Source: Acidobacteriota bacterium (lineage in GTDB: Bacteria; Acidobacteriota; Terriglobia; 20CM-2-55-15). Taken from it: DNA of 32,200 nucleotides. Numbering within the stretch: position 1 is the first letter of the stretch; each line of letters opens with the position of its first letter. A program made the position numbers and the translations under genes. The notes under the pieces were generated by a model. The model saw nothing but the letters and a program-made list of their open reading frames with translations, had not been told where the DNA came from and did no database searches. The stretch spans positions 866 to 33,065 of the forward strand of contig QHXD01000004.1 in the NCBI GenBank assembly GCA_003223895.1. The letters run 5' to 3'. Below, one piece after another: positions 16,173 to 23,634 of the stretch.

Positions 16173-16256
16173 TTCGGGGACAGACGTATAAATCACCTAA
16201 TTACGTCCAAAGGTTCCTGATACGTAATTAGGTGATTTATACGTCTGTCCCCGAAT
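16172..16256. repeat. Palindromic hairpin element, copy A (35-bp perfect arms, 15-nt loop), truncated on its right by the IS
   Basis: ATTCGGGGACAGACGTATAAATCACCTAATTACGT (16172-16206) is the exact reverse complement of 16222-16256. It begins on the last base of the mutS2 TAA. It is 33/34 identical to the arm at 26051-26084. Confidence 0.9.
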
Positions 16257-16273
16257 CCCCGATTAGTCGATAA
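16257..16273. repeat. IS left terminal inverted repeat
   Basis: CCCCGATTAGTCGATAA; reverse-complement match to 18005-18021 (one mismatch, at position 2). Confidence 0.7.
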
Positions 16274-16380
16274 CAAAGGGATGGAAGAAAAAGTATTGGC
16301 GATTGGCGCAGGCAGAGTCGCTGTTTTGTTGTGAAGTGGGGAAACCAGAGGGACCACCCTTGGGGTGATGCGCAGCGAAG

Positions 16381-17820
16381 ATGCGCGGCATGATGAAAGC
16401 GAGACGCCGATCCCCGACAATGAATCCTCTGCCGTTCCAATTAGACCCCGAGCCAGCAACGGAGACATTGACCAGCTATGGGGGAGTGCCGCTGGTAGTG
16501 CGGGCCTTCCGATCACTGGGTTTGCCCGAAGCGGTGGCTCAGCATGTGCGAATCAAGCAACGAGACAGAGGCTATGACGAAGCGACGTTTGTGGAGAGCT
16601 TCGTGATTCTGAATGCGGTGGGAGGCGAATGCCTGGAAGACTTCGAGCAACTGCGAGCCGACGCGGGATTGGCCGAGTTGGTCGGCCATGGGATGCCGTC
16701 GCCGGAGGCGGCGCGGAATTTTCTGTATGCGTTTCATGAAGACGCGAAAATCGAAGAGGCTCAATTGCGGTTGAAAGGGGACGAGAAAGCCTATATCCCC
16801 GACGAGACGATTCCGTTGCAGGGATTGGGAGCGGTGAACCGGACAGCCATTGCGGAAGTGGGAAACCGTTGTCCGGACCAGAAGATCGCGACGGTCGATC
16901 AGGACGCCACGATCATCGAAAGCCGGAAGCAGGAGGCCAAGGCGACCTACGAGGGAGAACGAGGCTATCAGCCGATGCTGGCGGTGTGGGCCGAGACGGG
17001 ATTGATCTTGTCGGATGAGTTTCGAGACGGCAATGTGCCGGCGATGATGAGCCCGCTGAGTGGCGCGAAGGCGGCCTTTGCAGCGCTTCCCAAGACGGTG
17101 GAAACGTTCTATTACCGGGGCGATTCGGCCAGCCACGAACACGAACTGATGGACTGGTTGCGCAATCCATTGCGCGAGGGCGGTCCAGCCGGTTTGATCG
17201 GATTCGCCATATCGGCGCGGATGAGCGCGGAGTTGGCCAAAGCCATCGACGAGGTTAAGGAAGACCAATGGCAGATGGTGAAGGAGGAAACAGACGCGAT
17301 CCGATCCTGCGCGGAAGTCGCGTTTGTCCCTGGCGAACGCAGTGAAAAGAAGGATAGTCAACCGCTGCGTTACATCGCTATTCGGATCGAGAAAAAACAG
17401 GGACATCTCTACGACGACGGTTCCCGAATCCGCCATTTTGCCGTCGTGACCAACATTGAAGGATGGACGGCCCCGAAACTGATCCAGTGGCATCGCGAAA
17501 AAGCCGGCACAGTCGAGATGGTGCATGACATCCTGAAGAATGAACTGGCAGCCGGAGTTTTGCCGTGCGGTCGCTTCGGGGCCAATGCCGCATGGTTGCG
17601 GCTGGCCGTGATTACCCATAACGTACTGACCGCTCTGAAGCGGCTGGCGTTACCGGCAGAGCATCTGTCGGCACGGCCCAAGCGCCTGCGTTTTCTGTAT
17701 CTCAATCTGGCGGGCCGGGTGTTGCATCACGCTCGCAGCCTGCATCTGCGGTTGGCCGCGCTGCTAGCGCGCATAGGAGACATGGTCCAAGCGTTTGAAG
17801 CCTTGCCTCTCCGCGTCTAG
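16381..17820 (+). CDS. IS1380-family DDE transposase
   Basis: 479-aa ORF. It is collinear, from memory, with ISEcp1-type transposases: LTSYGGVPLV (cf. LTSNAGL), VDQDATIIES....A...Y.G.RGYQP (D ... GY.P), FYYRGDSASH (second D), and REKAGTVEMVHDILKNELA.G.LP...FGANAAWLRL.VITHNV (E/K ... AN.A ... NL block). The start could instead be ATG 16420. Confidence 0.85.
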   Translation: MRGMMKARRRSPTMNPLPFQLDPEPATETLTSYGGVPLVVRAFRSLGLPEAVAQHVRIKQRDRGYDEATFVESFVILNAVGGECLEDFEQLRADAGLAELVGHGMPSPEAARNFLYAFHEDAKIEEAQLRLKGDEKAYIPDETIPLQGLGAVNRTAIAEVGNRCPDQKIATVDQDATIIESRKQEAKATYEGERGYQPMLAVWAETGLILSDEFRDGNVPAMMSPLSGAKAAFAALPKTVETFYYRGDSASHEHELMDWLRNPLREGGPAGLIGFAISARMSAELAKAIDEVKEDQWQMVKEETDAIRSCAEVAFVPGERSEKKDSQPLRYIAIRIEKKQGHLYDDGSRIRHFAVVTNIEGWTAPKLIQWHREKAGTVEMVHDILKNELAAGVLPCGRFGANAAWLRLAVITHNVLTALKRLALPAEHLSARPKRLRFLYLNLAGRVLHHARSLHLRLAALLARIGDMVQAFEALPLRV

Positions 17821-18004
17821 CTCCAGCCCGAACGCCAGACAACTCAATTTCGGTGCTCGCTCACGGCGCAGCGTTGTCTGCGAAGACCTAAAAATTCCGT
17901 TCATCGCCCTCGCTGACCACATCACACTACTCTCATCTGAATCTTGGCTGCCCGATCTCCAAAAAATCCGGGCACATTCTCGCCCGTTTAGCCTTACGGC
18001 TGCC

Positions 18005-18021
18005 TTATCGACTAATCGGAG
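18005..18021. repeat. IS right terminal inverted repeat
   Basis: TTATCGACTAATCGGAG, the reverse complement of the left IR apart from one mismatch; followed by CCGAAT. Confidence 0.7.
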
Positions 18022-18036
18022 CCGAATTATCCCCAC

Positions 18037-18066
18037 TTGACTTTTTCGTACAAAAACGTATAGATT
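18037..18066 (+). promoter_or_regulatory. Candidate sigma70-type promoter for dnaG-rpoD
   Basis: TTGACT (18037-18042), then 16 nt, then TATAGA (18059-18064), or TAGATT at 18061-18066 with an 18-nt spacer. It lies 37-44 nt upstream of the dnaG ATG and 15 nt from the IS end. Pattern only. Confidence 0.3.
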
Positions 18067-18102
18067 ACTTGATTTCGCTTTTTCGGTTCCCCCCGGCAGC
18101 TA

Positions 18103-19851
18103 ATGAAAAATTTTTCGGAAACTGTTCGTGACTCTGCCGACATCGTTAGGGTGGTATCGGATTACGTAAGTCTTAAGGGTGCGGGGAACACGTTTAAGGG
18201 GCTTTGCCCTTTTCATTCTGAGAAAACACCTTCGTTTTCGGTTCATCGCGAGAAACAAATTTTTCACTGTTTTGGCTGCCAGGTCGGGGGGGACGTCTTT
18301 TCATTCGTCATGCTGGCGGAGAAAGTATCTTTTCCGGAATCCGTCCGAATTGTCGCGGAGAAATGTGGTATTCCGATTCCCACAAACCCGGGACTGGACG
18401 ACAAACAATCCGAGGAACGTAAACAACTTTTCGTAATCTACGAGCGTGCTTCAACGTATTTCCGTCAGATGCTGTCTACGGAAGAAGCAACGGCCGCCCG
18501 ACAAGTGCTGGAAAAACGGAAAATTCAGCCGAACTTCATCGAACGATTTCGTCTTGGCTATGCGCCTGCGTCAGGTTTGATGTCTCAGTTGCGGCTTACG
18601 GATCCGGTAGGCAGCGGGCTGTTCGTCAAGAATGATCGAGGGGACGTTTACGAACGTTTTCGCCGTCGCCTGATGTTCCCCATATGGAACGAGCGCGGCA
18701 AGACGATTGCATTCGGCGGGCGGGCGCTGGCTGCAGACGCGGTGCCCAAATATCTGAACTCGGCAGAATCGCCGCTTTACTCGAAATCGTACGTCCTGTA
18801 TGCGCTGCACCTCGCACGTGATGCGGCACAGAGGGCAGGACGGTTGATCATTGTGGAAGGCTACTTCGACTGTCTGAGCCTCCATCAGGCCGGAATCGAG
18901 AATGTGGTGGCCTCGTGCGGCACGAGCCTGACGCAACAACAAGTCGGCATTATGGCGCGATATGTCCCCGAGGTCGTTATGAACTACGACCCGGATAGCG
19001 CTGGTCAAAACGCTATGCGGCGATCGATCGATCTGCTGCTGGCCAAGGGATTGCGGGTCCGAATCCTGAAGTTACCAGACGGTCTGGACCCTGATGATTT
19101 CGTCCGCCGCGAAGGGGGGGAAGTTTACAACCGCCTCCTGGCTAATGCCCCCCATTTCTGGCAGTACCTGATGACCGAAGCCGCACGGCAATACGATCTT
19201 GATCAGCCGGCCATGAAGGCTAACGCGGTCAATGATGTTATGGAATACGTAGGCAAAATCCAGGATCGGGTTGAACAATTGGAAGTGGCGCGGGCTGTGG
19301 CGGAGAACTTTAAAATCCCGGAAAGTGTCATTTTTGAAAGGCTTAGAGTAAGTCCGGGGAAGCCGGCCGTCGGCGCTGTTTACAACCGTCCAGCCGCTAA
19401 TAGAGTGACAAGACAGGAAGTTCAGCCCGATCGGAAGCTGACTTTGGCGGAAAAACAGCTAATTCAGGCCTTCATGCAGGACGCGGAGATTGCCCGGGCT
19501 GTACAGCCGTTCCTGAAAGGGGATTTTTTGTCCGGTATCTGGTCCGGAGCCGTGCTGGAGCAACTCGTTAAAGATCCGGCCCGGAACATCGAAACTGTAC
19601 TGGAAACCGTCCAAGATGAAGGACTCAAAAAGGAGGTCCGATCCGCTGTTTTAGAACCATTTGGTCGCATTTCGGGCGAGCAGGCACTGGCTTCGGTTAA
19701 ACGACTCTATGATGCCCATCTCGTCAAAAAAATAGAGGAGATCCGCACAGAACTCCAACAGTATGGCTCAGGGGCTGCGCCAGCCGAACTGTTGAGAAGA
19801 CACAATGAAATAGTTGCGGAAAAGAACCGCGTCGGCGGGTTCAAAGCTTGA
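18103..19851 (+). CDS. dnaG: DNA primase
   Basis: 582 aa. Zinc-ribbon CPFHSEKTPSFSV....Q.FHCFGC..GGDVF.F, RNA-polymerase core, Toprim (IIVEGYFD...L.QAG..NVVAS.GT.LT..Q.....R....V...YD.D.AG..A) and a C-terminal helicase-binding region. Confidence 0.92.
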   Translation: MKNFSETVRDSADIVRVVSDYVSLKGAGNTFKGLCPFHSEKTPSFSVHREKQIFHCFGCQVGGDVFSFVMLAEKVSFPESVRIVAEKCGIPIPTNPGLDDKQSEERKQLFVIYERASTYFRQMLSTEEATAARQVLEKRKIQPNFIERFRLGYAPASGLMSQLRLTDPVGSGLFVKNDRGDVYERFRRRLMFPIWNERGKTIAFGGRALAADAVPKYLNSAESPLYSKSYVLYALHLARDAAQRAGRLIIVEGYFDCLSLHQAGIENVVASCGTSLTQQQVGIMARYVPEVVMNYDPDSAGQNAMRRSIDLLLAKGLRVRILKLPDGLDPDDFVRREGGEVYNRLLANAPHFWQYLMTEAARQYDLDQPAMKANAVNDVMEYVGKIQDRVEQLEVARAVAENFKIPESVIFERLRVSPGKPAVGAVYNRPAANRVTRQEVQPDRKLTLAEKQLIQAFMQDAEIARAVQPFLKGDFLSGIWSGAVLEQLVKDPARNIETVLETVQDEGLKKEVRSAVLEPFGRISGEQALASVKRLYDAHLVKKIEEIRTELQQYGSGAAPAELLRRHNEIVAEKNRVGGFKA

Positions 19852-19885
19852 AAATCCAAGGCAAGCAGCCTATTAGTGAGTATTA

Positions 19886-21682
19886 ATGAAAAAGAGTATT
19901 CAAAAAAACACTCATAAAAAAGCCGCGACGAGTGTGGAGCCGAAAAAGGCTGCCGTCACTTCTTTCGAGGAGGAATTAGGGGGTCTCGAAGAGAAGTACG
20001 ATGGGGTCCAGAAACTCATCGATATCGGCAAGGAGAAAGGATATCTCCTTTACGATGAGGTGAGTGACCTCCTTCCTCCGGAGATCAGCTCCTCCGCCGA
20101 AGATCTGGATGACTTGTTTTCAGCCTTCGGAACGGCCGGCATTGAGGTCATCGACACCGACGATCAGAACTTCGCCCCTCTCGACAAAATACCCAGCGAA
20201 AAGAAATTCGATGGCGATCAACCCGAAGATATGGAACTGGATCTGACGCCGGGCGCGCTAGAGAAGACCAACGATCCCGTGCGCATGTACCTGCGTGAGA
20301 TGGGAACCGTTCCGTTGCTCACTCGCGACGGCGAAGTCGAGATCGCGAAACGAATCGAACGCGGCCAGTTGACCGTGCTGAAGTCGCTGTCCCGGTCACC
20401 TGTGATCGTGCGCGAGATCATTCAGCTCGGCGAGCACCTCAGAAGAGATCCCAGCATCATCAAAGACATCCTTCAGTTCAGCGACGAAGAACTGACTGAC
20501 GAGAAAATCGAAGAGAAGCACCAGGAAACGCTCGACATCATTGATCAGATCGGCAAGACATATAAGAAGGTCAACGTGCTTCGCATCAAGTTCGACGGCA
20601 CACCGAAGTCGAAGAAGCCGCAATTCCGGCGCGCTTCGTGGAACCTCGGCCGAACGCGAGTAGAACTTTCCAAGCTTGTTCGGTCCCTGGAATTCTCGAA
20701 TTCGGAGAAGCTTCGGCTGATGGGCCTGATGAAAGCCACCGTCGAAAGACTTCGTCCGCTGGAACTCGAGCTCGGGCGCCTGGAACGCAAGGCCGACCAC
20801 ACGAAGAAGGAATATCGAAAGTCCGTCCAGAAGGAAATCCGGACAGTGAAATCCAAGATTTCCGTAATGGAAGACGACACGAAGTCCACAGCTCTCGAAC
20901 TCAAGCGAACTCTCCAGACGATCCTGCAGGGACAGATTCAGGCGGAAGTTGCAAAACGCGAGCTCGTCGAAGCCAATCTCCGACTCGTTGTGTCGATTGC
21001 AAAGAAGTACACCAACCGCGGACTGCAGTTCCTGGATCTGATTCAGGAAGGCAACATCGGTCTGATGAAGGCCGTGGACAAGTTCGAGTACCGCCGCGGT
21101 TACAAGTTTTCCACATACGCCACGTGGTGGATCCGGCAGGCCATTACTCGCGCCATTGCGGATCAGGCTCGAACGATCCGCATCCCGGTGCATATGATCG
21201 AAACGATCAACAAGTTGATCCGGACCTCCCGTGCGCTCGTGCAGGAACTCGGACGCGAACCTACCAGTGAAGAAATCGCAAAACGCATGGATATACCGGT
21301 ATCGAAGGTTCGAAAGGTCCTGAAGATTGCGCAGGAGCCGATCTCTCTGGAGACGCCGATTGGCGAAGAAGAAGATTCGCATCTTGGCGACTTCATCGAA
21401 GACCGCGGCGTGGTCTCGCCTGCTGACGCCGTCATCAACATCAATCTGAAGGAGATGACTGAGCAAGTCCTGAACACGCTGACGCCTCGCGAAGAGCGCG
21501 TCATCAAGATGCGCTTCGGTCTCGAAGACGGAACCGAGCACACATTGGAAGAAGTGGGCCAGAACTTTGCGGTCACCCGTGAACGTATCCGCCAGATTGA
21601 GGCGAAGGCCTTGCGAAAGTTGCGGCATCCGAGCCGCAGCCGCCGGCTTCGAGCCTTCCTGGATGGAAGCGGCCGGGACTAA
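19886..21682 (+). CDS. rpoD: Primary RNA polymerase sigma factor (sigma-70)
   Basis: 598 aa. [24 protein letters not shown] (region 1.2), [78 protein letters not shown] (2.1-2.4/3.0), and [25 protein letters not shown] (4.2). Confidence 0.96.
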   Translation: MKKSIQKNTHKKAATSVEPKKAAVTSFEEELGGLEEKYDGVQKLIDIGKEKGYLLYDEVSDLLPPEISSSAEDLDDLFSAFGTAGIEVIDTDDQNFAPLDKIPSEKKFDGDQPEDMELDLTPGALEKTNDPVRMYLREMGTVPLLTRDGEVEIAKRIERGQLTVLKSLSRSPVIVREIIQLGEHLRRDPSIIKDILQFSDEELTDEKIEEKHQETLDIIDQIGKTYKKVNVLRIKFDGTPKSKKPQFRRASWNLGRTRVELSKLVRSLEFSNSEKLRLMGLMKATVERLRPLELELGRLERKADHTKKEYRKSVQKEIRTVKSKISVMEDDTKSTALELKRTLQTILQGQIQAEVAKRELVEANLRLVVSIAKKYTNRGLQFLDLIQEGNIGLMKAVDKFEYRRGYKFSTYATWWIRQAITRAIADQARTIRIPVHMIETINKLIRTSRALVQELGREPTSEEIAKRMDIPVSKVRKVLKIAQEPISLETPIGEEEDSHLGDFIEDRGVVSPADAVININLKEMTEQVLNTLTPREERVIKMRFGLEDGTEHTLEEVGQNFAVTRERIRQIEAKALRKLRHPSRSRRLRAFLDGSGRD

Positions 21683-21694
21683 GGTAAACTACGG

Positions 21695-21723
21695 GGGCGC
21701 CTTCAGGCGCCCTTAAGTTTTTT
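21695..21723 (+). terminator. Rho-independent terminator after rpoD
   Basis: Stem GGGCGCC (21695-21701) / GGCGCCC (21706-21712) with a TTCA loop, followed by TTAAGTTTTTT (T6 run at 21718-21723). Confidence 0.65.
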
Positions 21724-21724
21724 C

Positions 21725-21798
21725 GGGCCCATAGCTCAGTTGGTTAGAGCTCCCGGCTCATAACCGGGCAGTCGTAGGTTCAAGTCCTACTGGGCCCA
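21725..21798 (+). tRNA. tRNA with CAT anticodon (elongator tRNA-Met, or tRNA-Ile2 if C34 is lysidinylated); not an initiator
   Basis: The 74-nt cloverleaf was folded by hand: acceptor GGGCCCA/TGGGCCC, D arm GCTC-AGTTGGTTA-GAGC, anticodon arm CCCGG-CTCATAA-CCGGG, variable loop CAGTC, T arm GTAGG-TTCAAGT-CCTAC, discriminator A. CCA is not encoded. The G1:C72 pair and the absence of the three consecutive G:C pairs in the anticodon stem exclude the initiator. Confidence 0.9.
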
Positions 21799-21819
21799 CT
21801 CTATGACGGTCTTATATAA

Positions 21820-22554
21820 ATGAATTCCGATCTCAAGCAGCTTATTCGCCTTCAGTCGATTGATCTCGCCATTCAGGAACTCCGAGCCAGAATCGATAAA
21901 TTTCCGGGTATTTCAAAGGCCCTGGATGAAAAACTGCGCTCTGCCCAGGCCGGCCTTGAAACCGCGAAGGAGAAGGTAAAAAGCAATCAGGCCAACCGGA
22001 AGAAGTTCGAGGGCGAAATCAACAACACGGAATCCAAAATCTCGAAGTACCGCGATCAGATGATGGCCGTTAAAACCAACGACGAGTACCGGGCGCTTCA
22101 GCACGAGATCGAACACGCGCAGAAGGGAATTCGCAAGACCGAAGACGACCTCCTCAACTTGATGATGGAAGCGGAGAGCCTGCAGTCCGAAATCAAAACC
22201 GCCGAGGTCTGCCTGAAGGAGGACCAGCAGAGGGTCAACGAAGAACGCAAACTGCTCGAAGAGGAAAACAAACGCGATCTCACGGGCCTGGAGTCTTACG
22301 TAAAGGAACGTCAGGAGATCGCGACTTCGATATCATCCGACGACCTGCTTCCGCGCTATGAGCGCGTCCGCAAACACAGGGGCGGAATCGCTGTTGCCGC
22401 CGCCCGAAATGAAGTCTGCGAAATCTGCAAGGTTCGGATTCGGCCTCAGGTCTTCCAGGAAATCCTCAAGAATGATCAGATCATCGCCTGCGATGCCTGC
22501 CAGCGCATTCTCTACGATCCCAATAATCTCGATCACCCATTCGAAGTGGCATGA
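21820..22554 (+). CDS. COG1579/DUF164 coiled-coil protein with C-terminal C4 zinc ribbon
   Basis: 244 aa. N-terminal L..L..LQ.ID..I..L pattern, long coiled coil, and C-terminal ...GG.AVA......C..C...I.PQ.......ND.II.C..C.RILY. The stop overlaps the next ATG (ATGA). Confidence 0.8.
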   Translation: MNSDLKQLIRLQSIDLAIQELRARIDKFPGISKALDEKLRSAQAGLETAKEKVKSNQANRKKFEGEINNTESKISKYRDQMMAVKTNDEYRALQHEIEHAQKGIRKTEDDLLNLMMEAESLQSEIKTAEVCLKEDQQRVNEERKLLEEENKRDLTGLESYVKERQEIATSISSDDLLPRYERVRKHRGGIAVAAARNEVCEICKVRIRPQVFQEILKNDQIIACDACQRILYDPNNLDHPFEVA

Positions 22555-22955
22555 ATTTGGAAGCCTACATCGATGGGGGCTCGCGGGGTAATCCCGGCGA
22601 AGGCGGCATTGGTGTCTATTTCCCTGGTGTCGTGCGCATTGCCGAATACCTGGGCACCTGCACCAACAACTTCGCCGAGTATTCCGCGCTTCTCAGCGCT
22701 CTTCGCTTCGCCGTGTACTCGCGCTGTGACGAACTTCAAGTCTCTTCGGATTCGGAACTCGTCGTTAAACAAATCAAGGGCGAATACCAGGTAAGGAATG
22801 AAGGCATCCGACCGCTCCATGATTCCGCCCAGCGATGGATCGCCCTCATCCCCCGCTTTTCAATCCGGCACGTTCGCCGTGAAAGCAACAAGGAAGCGGA
22901 CAAGCTCGCCAATCTGGCAATGGATACCCGCCGCAACACGGTGAAGTGGGAGTAA
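22551..22955 (+). CDS. rnhA: Ribonuclease HI family protein (short, RVT_3/archaeal-type RNase HI)
   Basis: 134 aa. Y.DGGSRGNPG.GGIG ... NN.AEY.AL..AL..A ...... SDSELVVKQI.GEY.V.N ... H..RE.N..AD.LAN.A gives the D-E-D-D catalytic pattern. The COG1579-RNase H pairing is a known conserved neighbourhood, for example in Actinobacteria. Confidence 0.8.
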   Translation: MNLEAYIDGGSRGNPGEGGIGVYFPGVVRIAEYLGTCTNNFAEYSALLSALRFAVYSRCDELQVSSDSELVVKQIKGEYQVRNEGIRPLHDSAQRWIALIPRFSIRHVRRESNKEADKLANLAMDTRRNTVKWE

Positions 22956-22963
22956 GGCGAGAC

Positions 22964-23127
22964 GAAAGGCGGATCTGAAATCTGCAACCGCCGATCGCCA
23001 ATTTGTAATAAGAAGTTCACAATTTTGAATTAGTTAGCCCTTATCGATTTTCGAGAACCGCTGAGCAAATTTGGAATCTTTGTTACAAATTGGCGATCGG
23101 CGGTTGCAGATGTCAGATCCGCCTTTC
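22964..23127. repeat. 164-bp inverted-repeat (MITE-like) element filling the rnhA / dinB-family convergent gap
   Basis: The 45-nt arms 22964-23008 (GAAAGGCGGATCTGAAATCTGCAACCGCCGATCGCCAATTTGTAA) and 23083-23127 are reverse complements at 44/45. They surround a 74-nt AT-rich spacer. The element starts 9 nt after the rnhA stop and ends 3 nt before the dinB-family stop. Confidence 0.85.
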
Positions 23128-23129
23128 TT

Positions 23130-23612
23130 TCAATCCGACCTTATCAGCCGTTTCAAAAGCTGGATCTGGCCCGCGTGGTAAAGGTCGTGGGCGGCGACGC
23201 CCGTGATGAGAGCGAGATTGCTGACTTTGGTGCCCGTGGGTTTTTGAGGTAGAGTTTTGGGATTTAGGTTCGCAATGGCCGACCGGAGCGAGCCGTGGAT
23301 GTCGTCGAGCAGCGCGACATCCTGCTTCCAGGCCGACTGTGTCGCCTCCTGAGGGCGGGAAAACCAGTTGGAACCCTTTAACGCGAACGAACCGGCGGGT
23401 GCTCCCACCAACCGCCGATGCACAACGTATTTCCAGTACGCCGCGTGGACGACAAGCTCCCAAATGTTATGACGACCGGATTGCGGGCGCCGGGCAGCCT
23501 CATCGGCGGTCACATTGCGGAGGGACCCGCGGAGGTTTGTGCCATGCCATGACTTATGGTTGTAGGCCTGGTCGACGACGTCCAGCAGGACTTTGATCTC
23601 GGGCCCGGGCAT
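23130..23612 (-). CDS. DinB-family (DinB_2, four-helix-bundle metal-binding) protein
   Basis: 160 aa. ...SWHG.NL.G.L..V....A..RP..G.H.IWELV.H...W ... and C-terminal ...G.A.HD.YH.GQI..L.R, typical of the DinB/YfiT-like superfamily. Confidence 0.75.
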   Translation of the reverse strand: MPGPEIKVLLDVVDQAYNHKSWHGTNLRGSLRNVTADEAARRPQSGRHNIWELVVHAAYWKYVVHRRLVGAPAGSFALKGSNWFSRPQEATQSAWKQDVALLDDIHGSLRSAIANLNPKTLPQKPTGTKVSNLALITGVAAHDLYHAGQIQLLKRLIRSD

Positions 23613-23634
23613 GACGAAGTATAATCACTGGATC
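23613..23634. promoter_or_regulatory. 22-nt divergent control region with overlapping -10-like boxes (leuS and the dinB-family gene); both mRNAs would be leaderless
   Basis: The whole intergenic region is GACGAAGTATAATCACTGGATC. TATAAT (23620-23625) ends 9 nt before the leuS ATG 23635. On the other strand, TGaTTATAC / TATACT ends 5-6 nt before the dinB-family ATG (23612). No SD is possible for either gene. Pattern only. Confidence 0.3.

Larger units (their letters stand above)
16257..18021 (+). mobile_element. IS1380-family insertion sequence (about 1.77 kb)
   Basis: Terminal inverted repeats CCCCGATTAGTCGATAA (16257-16273) and TTATCGACTAATCGGAG (18005-18021) match at 16/17, with a 15-bp perfect core. 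They are flanked by direct CCGAAT (16251-16256 and 18022-18027), read as a 5-6 bp target duplication. A single DDE transposase ORF lies inside. Size and CC-starting IRs fit IS1380-family expectations from memory. Confidence 0.75.

Noticed and set aside
16513-17619. 368-aa ORF antisense to the IS transposase.
   Set aside because: It is wholly contained in the transposase gene on the opposite strand. It is Arg/Leu/His-rich with no motif. The plus-strand ORF has the full IS1380-type DDE pattern.
17795-18040. 81-aa plus-strand ORF spanning the end of the transposase gene, the IS right IR and the flanking DNA. The 107-aa minus-strand ORF at 16193-16516, which crosses the hairpin and the left IR, was considered with it.
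   Set aside because: Both cross the IS boundary, so they could only exist after insertion. Their composition is low-complexity, and they have no SD or motif.
20396-21628. 410-aa ORF on the minus strand.
   Set aside because: It lies entirely antisense to rpoD, whose plus-strand translation carries every sigma-70 region. The antisense product is low-complexity with no recognisable motif. This is a typical shadow ORF of GC-rich coding DNA.
21725-21798. Possibility that the CAT-anticodon tRNA is the initiator tRNA-fMet.
   Set aside because: It has a Watson-Crick G1:C72 pair, where initiators have a 1:72 mismatch. It also lacks the three consecutive G:C pairs (G29-31:C39-41) in the anticodon stem.
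22956-23129. RNase P RNA or another known ncRNA downstream of the COG1579-RNase H pair; in Actinobacteria rnpB sits next to the COG1579 gene.
   Set aside because: The gap is only 174 nt and consists of a simple long inverted repeat with an AT-rich centre. It is far too short and lacks the conserved P4 or CR-I/CR-V-like sequences.
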